Positions 37,626 to 46,120 of a DNA stretch of 64,000 bases are shown here, piece by piece. Both the position numbers and the translations under genes were made by a program. The stretch comes from Bradymonadia bacterium. GTDB taxonomy: Bacteria; Myxococcota_A; Bradymonadia; UBA7976; UBA1532. The stretch spans positions 1-64,000 of the forward strand of contig JBKAGE010000008.1 of NCBI GenBank assembly GCA_046290225.1. The letters are read 5' to 3'. Within the stretch, counting starts at the first letter, position 1. Every line of letters begins with the position of its first letter. Below the pieces are notes generated by a model. That model was not told where the DNA came from. It did no database searches and saw only the letters and a program-made list of their open reading frames with translations.

Positions 37626-38366
37626 TCACTCTCCCAGGGCCTCGAGCACGGCGTTCTTGAGGTTGGCGTAGCCTTCCTCGTTGGCGAGGGTGGTGTTCAC
37701 CTCACCGCCGTTGGGCAGCCACGTCACCAGCACCCCGCTCTCGTCGTAGACGTAATAATCGCTCAGGCCGCCCTGGTGCATGCCCCAGGCGTTGGTGCCC
37801 TCGGTGTCCTGGAACATGGGGAAGGCGGCGCGGTTGGTCAGCTCTGCCTGGAGCGACTCGCGACCCATGAGGTTCACGGCGACGAACCAGACCTCGTGGC
37901 CTTCTGCCTCGAGCTCGATCCGCATCTGCTCCATCTTCTCTGCCTGAGCCTGACAGTAAGGGCAGCCGGCGTTGAAGAGGGCCACCAGGGTCACCCGGCC
38001 CAGGAAGCTGTCGAGTCCGTGGGTGGCGCCGTAGCCGCAGCTCTGAGGCTGGAAGTCGTAGAGCTGCCACTTGGGCATCTCGGCACCAGGGCAGTGGGTG
38101 CAGGTTTCTTCGGAGATGTCGGCGATGGTCTCTGCCGTCGGTGGGCTCTCACCCTGCTCCGGGCCGATGCACTCGCCGGGGGGCAGACGCTCAGGGGTCT
38201 CCATGACCTCGCCACCTGCACCACCCGCCATGGCTGCACCTGCGCCGCCGGCGCCGCCTGCACCTGCCACTGCACCACCTGCGGCAGGTGCGCCGGAGCC
38301 TTCATCTTCAGTGCCGCACCCCCAGACAGAGAGGGCGAGGGTGATCATCAGCAGGGTGGCTTTCAT
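37626..38366 (-). CDS. Thioredoxin-fold (redoxin) lipoprotein
   Basis: Lipobox VWGC; VALFNAGCPYC, VAVN, FPMFQD, YYVYDESG; 3 bp from the cytochrome gene. Confidence 0.85.
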   Translation of the reverse strand: MKATLLMITLALSVWGCGTEDEGSGAPAAGGAVAGAGGAGGAGAAMAGGAGGEVMETPERLPPGECIGPEQGESPPTAETIADISEETCTHCPGAEMPKWQLYDFQPQSCGYGATHGLDSFLGRVTLVALFNAGCPYCQAQAEKMEQMRIELEAEGHEVWFVAVNLMGRESLQAELTNRAAFPMFQDTEGTNAWGMHQGGLSDYYVYDESGVLVTWLPNGGEVNTTLANEEGYANLKNAVLEALGE

Positions 38367-38499
38367 GAGGCGTCTCCAGTGTCGTCGTGAAGCACGATGT
38401 CAAAGAGACCCGTGGTGGGTCAAGATGGCCGAGTCGACTCCCTTGGCGTGTCGAGCGGGCTCGTGCCATGCTCGAACACTCACATGTATCGGAGTGCTC

Positions 38500-40413
38500 A
38501 TGCGTGCCATCGCGTTGTTGTCGCTTGCCCTGATCATCACAGCACCCGCTCAGGCGCTGGCCATCGGCAACCCGCTCTCGTCGAACCCTGTTTACGTCTG
38601 GGAAGGCAACACCGACTACTCAGCCACCGCAGGCTCGTTGCTGCAGTGTGGGGGCCTCGCCTGCGGGATCGGGGGAGCGAACTGTGATGGTCTGAGCACC
38701 TCCACGGCCACCCTCGACGACATCCCCGAGACCGACACGCTGCGCATCGTCTATGCCCAGCTCACCTGGGCTGCGAGCACGCCCTCAGGCGCTGCACCCG
38801 ACATGCAGGTCACGCTCGTGCCGCCTGGTGGTGATCCCATCGCTGTAGATGCAGATCCAGAACGGACCGAGGCTTTCACCGATGCTGCAGACCAGTCTGC
38901 GGCCCTGATCATCGGCGGCGCGTGCCCCACAGGGGCCAACTTCAGCCCCGAGGTGAGCTTCTATGCCACGGCCACCGAGGTCACCGGGGCGCTGCGGGCT
39001 CATCGTGAGGCCGGCGGCACCCTCAACGGCCTCTGGACTCTGCAAGATGCCGACATCCCAGGGGCTCGGGACAATGATCCCGACACTGTGGCCGCGGCGG
39101 TGGCCAGCATCGTGGTGGGGGCGTGGTCGCTGCTCGTGGTCTACGAAGATGAGCCCGGCAACCTGCCTTTACGGCGGGTGTACTACTACCAGGGCTTCGA
39201 GCTGAACGTGGGTCAGGATCGAGAGATCACCACTCGGGGCTTCCTCGCCCCGCCTGATCCGGTGGTGGATGTGACCTATCTGGTCTTCGAAGGGGACGAC
39301 AACATCCAGGGCGACTCGCTCGAGGTGAACGGTCGTCCGGTGCAGAACGGCTGCAACCCCCAGAACAACGTCTTCAACGACACGGTGAGCAGTGGCCGGG
39401 CAGACGGCGAGTGTGTGCGCGGTGTCCGTGGGGTGGATCTCGACACCTACCGTGTCGAGGGGGCCATCAACGCAGGTGACGAAGAGGCCAGGGTGCGGTT
39501 CCGCGTGCCCCAGGGCAACCTGCTCAGCCCGGGGGAGCAGATCTTCACGCACTGGCTGGTGCTGGCCTTCGATCACCGCCTGCCTGACTTCGACTCGGTG
39601 AAGCCCGAGAAAGAGGCGTTGCCTCCGAGCGGGAGCGAGGTGTCTCCGGGCTCGATCATCGAATACGCCATCGTGGTGGAGAACGAGGGTGGCGACGTGG
39701 CCACCAACACGATCGTCACCGACGACGCCCCAGAAGGTTCGACCTACGTCATGGGCAGCGCTCGGCTGAACAACCGACCCCTGCCGGAGCCTCAGCCCGG
39801 CATCAACCCCCTCGCCGGTGGCCTGAACCTGGGTCAGATCCCTGAGGTGGGGGCCATCGCGCCGGGGGAGCGCCACTTGCTGCAGTTCCAGGTGCAGGTG
39901 GACTGGGAGACCCCCGAAGACACCGAGCTGGTGAACATCGCCCGCATCGTCGCCGACGGCATTGAAGAGGTGGAGACTGATCCGGTGACGCACACTGTGG
40001 GCCCGCTGCCAGATGGTGGGATCCCCGACATGCTGCCGCCTCCGGAAGACGCTGGGGTCGATCTCGATATGTCGCTCGACCCAGCAGATGCCGGCGTCGG
40101 CGCCCCTGACATGTCGATGGCTCGGGACATGGGCCCGATTTTGTCCCGCGACGACGCGATGCCCGACCCCTGTGGCCGAGGCACCCGCCTCGACCCCGAG
40201 ACGGGGCAGTGCGTGTCACTGTGCGGCCCGGGCCTGCGCTGGGACCCCTTCTGCGTGGACGGTGGCCAGTGCGTGCAGGAGAACGATCCACCCTGCAACG
40301 CCGAGGGTGGCTCAGGAGACAACGGCTGTGATTGTCAGTCGAGCGGAGGCACGGGCGTCTGGCTCTGGGCCGTCGCGCTACTGGGCCTGCTTCGCCGTCG
40401 CCGTGCGATCTGA
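38500..40413 (+). CDS. Secreted DUF11 (conserved repeat) domain protein with MYXO-CTERM tail
   Basis: GGAG RBS; signal peptide; GAWSLLVVY, EGD; PGSIIEYAIVVENEG...TDDAPEGSTYV; GCDC + TM + RRRR. Confidence 0.85.
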   Translation: MRAIALLSLALIITAPAQALAIGNPLSSNPVYVWEGNTDYSATAGSLLQCGGLACGIGGANCDGLSTSTATLDDIPETDTLRIVYAQLTWAASTPSGAAPDMQVTLVPPGGDPIAVDADPERTEAFTDAADQSAALIIGGACPTGANFSPEVSFYATATEVTGALRAHREAGGTLNGLWTLQDADIPGARDNDPDTVAAAVASIVVGAWSLLVVYEDEPGNLPLRRVYYYQGFELNVGQDREITTRGFLAPPDPVVDVTYLVFEGDDNIQGDSLEVNGRPVQNGCNPQNNVFNDTVSSGRADGECVRGVRGVDLDTYRVEGAINAGDEEARVRFRVPQGNLLSPGEQIFTHWLVLAFDHRLPDFDSVKPEKEALPPSGSEVSPGSIIEYAIVVENEGGDVATNTIVTDDAPEGSTYVMGSARLNNRPLPEPQPGINPLAGGLNLGQIPEVGAIAPGERHLLQFQVQVDWETPEDTELVNIARIVADGIEEVETDPVTHTVGPLPDGGIPDMLPPPEDAGVDLDMSLDPADAGVGAPDMSMARDMGPILSRDDAMPDPCGRGTRLDPETGQCVSLCGPGLRWDPFCVDGGQCVQENDPPCNAEGGSGDNGCDCQSSGGTGVWLWAVALLGLLRRRRAI

Positions 40414-40451
40414 TATGACGACGGGCACACTCAACCGACAAGGAGCGCCAG

Positions 40452-40706
40452 ATGGCCCTCAAAGATGATTTCGATGCAGCACAGAGCCGGGTGAAGACCC
40501 TCAGCAGCCGCCCCTCCAACGCTGATCTGCTCAACCTCTACGCGCTGTTCAAGCAGGGCTCCGCAGGTGACGTGAGCGGCAAGAAGCCCGGCCGCCTCGA
40601 TCTCAAGGGTCGGGCGAAGTACGAGGCTTGGGAGAGCAAGAAGGGCATGTCTGCGGACGCGGCGATGCAGGCCTACGTCGATCTGGTCAACCGCCTGGTG
40701 GGCTGA
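40452..40706 (+). CDS. Acyl-CoA-binding protein (ACBP)
   Basis: LYALFKQGSAGD, GRAKYEAW, KGMS, AMQAYVDLV; AAGGAG RBS. Confidence 0.95.
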   Translation: MALKDDFDAAQSRVKTLSSRPSNADLLNLYALFKQGSAGDVSGKKPGRLDLKGRAKYEAWESKKGMSADAAMQAYVDLVNRLVG

Positions 40707-40724
40707 AGCCCCATCTGATCAGCC

Positions 40725-42011
40725 TCATGGCCTGAAGATCAGGTTGCACGGCGCCGAGCGTCCGCCAGGCGTCGTCTCGTCGGGCTCTGAGCAGATGAAG
40801 AACACACCCTTGTTGTTCAACGTCGTCCCACCCCAATACACGGTGCCGGGCTGAGCTGTGGTCAGTTGATGACACGGCCCTGGCCGATCGAGCACACGGC
40901 ATCGTCCCGTGGCCTCGCCAGTGACTGGTTTGTCAGAGAGTTCGAGCCAGCGCCTCACTTTCTTCAACTCGGCAAGCCCTGCTTTCTGAGCGGCCTCGAA
41001 AGTCTCTGCTTCGAACCACTTCAGATTGGTCGAGGGGTGACATGTAATGGTTTGATCTGGGTGTGCCCGACACCCCCCAGGCAAAGCGAGGGTGGCACCA
41101 GCGATCTTCACTGAGCCTTGAGCGCCCCTCTCCAAGTCGCGCTGAGTGAAGCCACAGCTCTCAAGGTTGAACCGCCCACAGGTGGTGGTGAAGTGCACGC
41201 AGGAGAGGTGATCACCGTCGAGGCAGAGATCCCGCAGCCAGCGGGTGGGTTTCTCGACGCCTCGAACGCCCGGCAAGTTGTTCAAGGTGTTCACGGCGAC
41301 ATGACGTCGGTTGTCTGTGAGTGCTGCTGAGCATCGGCGACCATCTTGCTGCTCATCATCGGCCTGGCGACAGCCTGGATCAGAGAATAAAAAGAGCGTC
41401 TCGGGCCCCTCTAAGCCATCGCCCCTCTTCGCCGCGTCGCGCACGAGAGCCCGCCCATGAGCGAGCGCACTGGCGGAGCACGCTGCTGCATCGCCTGCGG
41501 CGCACACGGCGCGGTAAATCGCTTCACCTGCGCTCGGCTGCGCCGGCGGATATACCCCCTTCGTCACCATCTCGCCGATGCGGGTGCAGGCCCGCAAAAC
41601 GCCGGCCTCACATGCTCGCGTCACCATCTCCAGCCCCGCGGTGGGCGTACCGGAGTTGCGCGCCAGCCCTCGACTGATCAGGTCCCCACCAAAGTAGCAC
41701 CCCAGCGGTACGCCGGCCTCGCAGGCCTTCACGTGCAGCTTCACACGAGCGTCCCACGCCGCGTCGGCCCGACCGGGTGGCAGTGGCTCCTGCAGCGCCA
41801 GGGCAAAGCACGCCTCACCCACACCGCGCTCGCAGTCTTGCTGCATTCTGCCGGTGACCTCCATGCGCACCCGAGGCCGCCGCAGCCAGTGAGGCCCCGG
41901 CGACTTCGCTGCCACAATGGCCAGATCACGAGCCGAGGGCTTCTCCGGTCCGGTCGTCTGCGCACCACCGCACCCACCCAGCCCCAGCAACAAAATCACA
42001 ACCCAACGCAT
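40725..42011 (-). CDS. Cys-rich Sel1-like repeat lipoprotein
   Basis: Lipobox LGGC; repeated [KR]ACEAG-x3-[GA]C units. Confidence 0.78.
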   Translation of the reverse strand: MRWVVILLLGLGGCGGAQTTGPEKPSARDLAIVAAKSPGPHWLRRPRVRMEVTGRMQQDCERGVGEACFALALQEPLPPGRADAAWDARVKLHVKACEAGVPLGCYFGGDLISRGLARNSGTPTAGLEMVTRACEAGVLRACTRIGEMVTKGVYPPAQPSAGEAIYRAVCAAGDAAACSASALAHGRALVRDAAKRGDGLEGPETLFLFSDPGCRQADDEQQDGRRCSAALTDNRRHVAVNTLNNLPGVRGVEKPTRWLRDLCLDGDHLSCVHFTTTCGRFNLESCGFTQRDLERGAQGSVKIAGATLALPGGCRAHPDQTITCHPSTNLKWFEAETFEAAQKAGLAELKKVRRWLELSDKPVTGEATGRCRVLDRPGPCHQLTTAQPGTVYWGGTTLNNKGVFFICSEPDETTPGGRSAPCNLIFRP

Positions 42012-42020
42012 CACACCTCA

Positions 42021-42357
42021 CTCCAAGATATGCAGCCTCAGGCTGCACTGTCAGGTCAAACAGTGGCCAGCCCTACGGGTGCCTTTCCGCTCCCTGCGGC
42101 CGGCTAGCCGGCTCCACTCGCTCCAAGACATGCAGCCTCAGGCTGCACTGTCAGGTCAAACAGTGGCCAGCCCTACGGGTGCCTTTCCGCTCCCTGCGGC
42201 CGGCTACGCCGGCCTCCACTCGCTCCAAGACATGCAGCCTCAGGCTGCACTGTCAGTACCCAACAGTGGCCAGCCCTACGGGTGCCTTTCCGCTCCCTGC
42301 GGCCGGCTACGCCGGCCTCCACTCGCTCCAAGACATGCAGCCTCAGGCTGCACTGTC
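42021..42357. repeat. Intergenic tandem repeat, 100-103-bp unit, about 3.3 copies, palindrome-rich
   Basis: Units start at 42021, 42121, 42223 and 42326 (CTCCAAGA[TC]ATGCAGCCTCAGGCTGCACTGTC...) and are nearly identical. Confidence 0.95.
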
Positions 42358-42373
42358 CACCCCCGTAAAACTC

Positions 42374-42414
42374 GTGCCCGTGCCCGTGCCCGTGCCCTTG
42401 CCCGAAACTCTCTT
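42374..42414. repeat. (GTGCCC)n-GAAACTCTCTT dispersed motif, second copy at 76-98
   Basis: GTGCCC x4 + TTGCCC + GAAACTCTCTT here; GTGCCC x2 + GAAACTCTCTT just past the lpdA stop. Confidence 0.7.
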
Positions 42415-42459
42415 CCTTTCCGCTATACTCCCTCATCCCCAAAACACCCGGGAGTTTTC

Positions 42460-44622
42460 ATGCGCGCGCTCACCCTCGCTGCTCTGCTGATCACCCCCAT
42501 GGTCGCTGCCGAGGCGGCCCCCGGTCCGCAGATCGTCGACGCCGTCACTGGCCACCCGCTCCCCGGAGCCACGGTCCGCGGTGTGGGCACTGGCCGCATG
42601 GCCCGCACGGATGCCAACGGGCGCTTCGAACTGTCACTGCCCGAGGGCTTCGAGTGGGTCGAGGTCACCTCGCCGGGTCGGGTACCTGCGCAGATCCCCA
42701 TCTGGAGCCCTGACACCCTCGAGCTGTGGCCGACGGAGATCGACGACATCTCCGTCGATCATGTCTTCCGGAGGCGGGCGGGTCTGCCCGTTCAAGATGA
42801 TCCCGATGATCCCGCCCTGCGCCCCGCGGCGCGGCAGCTGATCCTCGACGGCGCCCGCTTCGCCCCCCAGCCCAAACAGAACGGGCTGCCCGAGATGATC
42901 AGGGTCTGGCGACGCCCCGAGGGGGTGACCAGCGATCGATCGTGTGATGGCCCCATCGAGGTGTACGACGTCGACGAGTACACCCGGGGGGTGGTGCCCC
43001 ACGAGTGGATCCCCAGCTGGGACATCGAGAGCATGAAAGCCGGGGCCCTCGCCGCCCGCACCTATGGCGCGTGGTGGGCCAACCGCGGCGGCAAATACGA
43101 CTGCGCTGATCTCGACGACACCACCCGCAGCCAAGTGTATCGCGACGGCCGCAACGCCCGGGGCGACGAGGCGGTCATGGCCACCGCTGGTGAGTTCATC
43201 CTCGATCCCGGCGGCGCGCTGGTGTTCTCCGAGTACTCCGCCGAGAACAGCGATCCCACGGAGTACGGCGTCGAGGAGCCGCTGTGCACAGGCCGGGAGC
43301 TCTTCGGTCATGGTCGGGGCATGTGTCAGTGGGGCACCCAGCGCTGGGCCACCCAGCGGGGCCAGACCTACGATTGGATGGTGGAGCACTACTACCCCGA
43401 CGCCTCGGTGGGCGGCGGCGCGTCGCCGAACCCCAGCGTGGCCCTCGCGCAGAACATCGAGCGGCTCGACCCGTGGGACTGCGCTGATCCGGCGAACACG
43501 TTCCAGTGCGCCGATTTCGTGCCTCAGGGCTGGAGCCAGGGGGTCCTCGACCTGTTCGTGGGCCAGAGGGCCCGCTGGACCCTCAGCGTGTCCAACCAGG
43601 GGGGCGCCGAGGTGCCCGCCGGGGCGCAGATCTATCTCGAGCTGCCCCGTGAGTTGCTGGCCCTCGACGCCACCCTCGATGGCCGAGGGCTGACGCCGCC
43701 TGACTCTGGCGATCTCGCGGTGATTCAGCTGCCTGCTGTGGCGCCAGGATCCACCGCGGTCATCGCCCTCACGCTTCAGGTGCAGCAAGGCAGCGTGAGC
43801 CGAGGAGCTCCTGCGCCTCTGCGCAGCTGGGTCCGGAGCATCGATGGCCTCTACGACAAGATCACTTGGGCTGATCCGCCCACGGTGAACGCGGGGCAGA
43901 CCTTCAATGATGGTGAGCTACGGGCCCTCTTCGAGTTCGACTTCTATGATCCGCAGCGTTGGGGCTGGGACTCTGCCGATGACGAGATGGCCGAGGGCTG
44001 GTATGGCCCTGCAGGCGCGCTGCAGATCTCTGGTGGGGCGCTGCAGTTCGAAGGCGAAGCGCTGAGCCCGTTCACCCGCATCGACGCTGGCCAGCTCACG
44101 GCGCTGCGCTACGAGGGCGACGGCGCCCGTATTTGGTGGCGGAGTGCGGGGGAGTCTTTTGAGCAGACACGGTCGATCTCCCTCGTGGGCGATGGCGAGC
44201 CATACGATCTGTCTACGCTGCCCTGGCAGGGCACCATCGAGCAAATCAGGATCACCAGCCAGGGCCCGAGTGAGGCGTCGCTGTTGTCTTTCGAGGTCGC
44301 TGGCGCGTCCCCACCCGATGCTGCGTTGCCCCCACCTGACGCTGGCGTAGGCCCAAGCGATGCCATGGTGGGTGGTGGAGATCGCCCCGATGCTCGACCG
44401 CTGAGCCCTGCGGACGCCTTTGTCTCTGGTCCTGGAGGTGCCGGCGGCGCTGGTGGCCCGGGCGGCGCCGGTGGCGCAGGCGGTCCCGGGGTGACCCCTG
44501 GTCAGGATACAGCCCCCAGCCGGGTGGCACACTCCGGGGGGTGCGAGAGCCGGCCTGGAGCAGCCTCTCTGCTCTGGCTATTGGGGTTGCTGGGCCTCTT
44601 GAGCGTCAGACGCCCTCGATGA
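42460..44622 (+). CDS. SpoIID/LytB domain protein with N-terminal carboxypeptidase-regulatory-like domain and MYXO-CTERM tail
   Basis: GGAG RBS; VDAVTGHPLPGATV...TDANGRF; EYTRGVVPHE, KAGALAARTY, SQVY, GHGRGMCQWG, HYY; GGC + TM + RR. Confidence 0.9.
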   Translation: MRALTLAALLITPMVAAEAAPGPQIVDAVTGHPLPGATVRGVGTGRMARTDANGRFELSLPEGFEWVEVTSPGRVPAQIPIWSPDTLELWPTEIDDISVDHVFRRRAGLPVQDDPDDPALRPAARQLILDGARFAPQPKQNGLPEMIRVWRRPEGVTSDRSCDGPIEVYDVDEYTRGVVPHEWIPSWDIESMKAGALAARTYGAWWANRGGKYDCADLDDTTRSQVYRDGRNARGDEAVMATAGEFILDPGGALVFSEYSAENSDPTEYGVEEPLCTGRELFGHGRGMCQWGTQRWATQRGQTYDWMVEHYYPDASVGGGASPNPSVALAQNIERLDPWDCADPANTFQCADFVPQGWSQGVLDLFVGQRARWTLSVSNQGGAEVPAGAQIYLELPRELLALDATLDGRGLTPPDSGDLAVIQLPAVAPGSTAVIALTLQVQQGSVSRGAPAPLRSWVRSIDGLYDKITWADPPTVNAGQTFNDGELRALFEFDFYDPQRWGWDSADDEMAEGWYGPAGALQISGGALQFEGEALSPFTRIDAGQLTALRYEGDGARIWWRSAGESFEQTRSISLVGDGEPYDLSTLPWQGTIEQIRITSQGPSEASLLSFEVAGASPPDAALPPPDAGVGPSDAMVGGGDRPDARPLSPADAFVSGPGGAGGAGGPGGAGGAGGPGVTPGQDTAPSRVAHSGGCESRPGAASLLWLLGLLGLLSVRRPR

Positions 44623-45232
44623 GGCCGATTTTCTCTGGCTGACTCATCCGCCAGAATCGCCTGATCTCTCGCCACATCGGCTCGAGCCGATCGGGTTGCA
44701 AGAACCTTCGGTACAGCGAGCGACAGTAGCGTCGGGCCAGACGGTTCGCGGCGCGGTAACGGCCTGCCTCTGCGCCACGGGCGGTGATGTGCACGTGATC
44801 GAACAGCCGCACGAGCAAGCCGTCGAGCTCGAGGGGGGCTCGGGCGTCGTGGTGGGTGCGCCACGTGGCGAGGAACTTGTCCACCTCGGCCTGAATCTCG
44901 AGCTCGAGCTGTGAGACCCGCTGATCCCGCCCCGCGCGGTGCAATACGTAGAGCAGGTGACTGACACCTTCGATGACCACGCTGTGCCGATCGAGATCCT
45001 CAGGGCAGGTGGGGTCGACGTGATGCAGCTCGTCGTCGAGGTAGAGGGCGACGGAGAGGCCTGCTTGATCTTCCGTGACCCACAAAGTCTCTCTGCCGCC
45101 GTCGAGGGGGCCGAGGACCTGTTCGATCTGAGCCCGCTGACGTCGACCGACGATGAACTCGCCGACGTCGACACCGGGCTCGAGGCCGTAGAGGGCCTGG
45201 AGGGTGGCTTGTACCCGCCGCGGCGCCTTCAC
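44606..45232 (-). CDS. Hypothetical protein (EGVSH / LELEIQAEVDKF motif)
   Basis: 4-bp overlap with the upstream gene; typical codon usage; globular sequence. Confidence 0.8.
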   Translation of the reverse strand: MKAPRRVQATLQALYGLEPGVDVGEFIVGRRQRAQIEQVLGPLDGGRETLWVTEDQAGLSVALYLDDELHHVDPTCPEDLDRHSVVIEGVSHLLYVLHRAGRDQRVSQLELEIQAEVDKFLATWRTHHDARAPLELDGLLVRLFDHVHITARGAEAGRYRAANRLARRYCRSLYRRFLQPDRLEPMWREIRRFWRMSQPEKIGLIEGV

Positions 45233-45849
45233 TGAAGGACGGCGCCATCACCGGGGAGCACCACGCCGAGGGTGGTCAGCCGGGCGGCGAGGCGGGGCTC
45301 GCCGGTCTCGAGGAACCGATCGTAGAGCCGCAAGATGTCGGGATCTCGATTGAAGCAGTCCTCGCTGATGGCGTTGATCACTTCGACGAGCTCGTCGAAG
45401 CGCACGGCGAGGTTGCGGAACAACGCCACGAAGGGGTTGTCCCCCGTGCGGTCGTTCAGGCTCCGAGCCGCCCGCATGTAGGCGCCGCCACCGACGTCCA
45501 TGTAGTAGCTGGGGCTCACCGGCTTGCGATGCAGGGCCTGGTGAAAAAAGCCTGTCAGGTAGAGGCAGTAATCGCCGATGTGCTTGAGGGCTTTGAAGCG
45601 TCGCCCTGGAGGCGCGCTCATGGCCTCGGAGAGCTGCAGCGCCACAGGTCTATCCATGAGGGTGCCCAGATCGGGCCGGGCCTCTGGTCGCGCGTCGGAG
45701 AAGCCGAATAAAAGCTCCGCCAGGTAGGATTGAGTATGATCGTCGAGTTCGACCCTCTGGCTCTTCGACGCGCTCTCGATGGCGTCGACGAAGTATTGCC
45801 GCAGGTCGGTCGAGTAGAGTTTCAGGTCTTCAACAGCCGGCTTCCCCAT
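45229..45849 (-). CDS. Hypothetical all-helical protein
   Basis: AAGGAG RBS; GDYCLYLTGFF, YYMDVGGGAY; coupled to the downstream gene. Confidence 0.85.
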   Translation of the reverse strand: MGKPAVEDLKLYSTDLRQYFVDAIESASKSQRVELDDHTQSYLAELLFGFSDARPEARPDLGTLMDRPVALQLSEAMSAPPGRRFKALKHIGDYCLYLTGFFHQALHRKPVSPSYYMDVGGGAYMRAARSLNDRTGDNPFVALFRNLAVRFDELVEVINAISEDCFNRDPDILRLYDRFLETGEPRLAARLTTLGVVLPGDGAVLQ

Positions 45850-46120
45850 ATGTCACTCCTTGCTCCGACGTGACATCAGTGTTGTGTGAGGACCTGTTGA
45901 AAGGCCTGTTGTTTTGCCAGGGCCTCTCACAGGTTGCATTTTTTCCAACGGAGCGAGCGTGCGACTCCTTGAACACTCACCCTGACGAAGTTCAGGCACA
46001 GGCCTTCACGGGCGGATGTTCGAGGGCCGGGGCGGCACCGTAATGATCACGTTAAATGGGGGCCGCCGATTGCTTCAAACCCGCTTTACGCCACCAGGGC
46101 GCATCGTTAAGGTCCCGTTC

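Noticed and set aside
37626..38366. Selenoprotein read-through in the redoxin genes
   Set aside because: Active sites are ordinary Cys codons (CPYC here, CGPC in the TlpA gene); no in-frame TGA
38071..38499. N-terminal extension of the DUF11 protein
   Set aside because: Overlaps the redoxin gene on the opposite strand; the RBS and signal peptide start at 38500
42021..42357. CRISPR array
   Set aside because: Units are near-identical along their whole length with no unique spacers, and there are no cas genes in the window
41917..42459. Repeat-encoded N-terminal extension of the SpoIID protein
   Set aside because: Read-through of the non-coding array; the RBS and signal peptide point to ATG 42460
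45880..46030. 6S RNA, tRNA or known riboswitch
   Set aside because: No cloverleaf or T-loop, no recognisable aptamer consensus and not the usual 6S gene context; kept only as an unassigned structured leader
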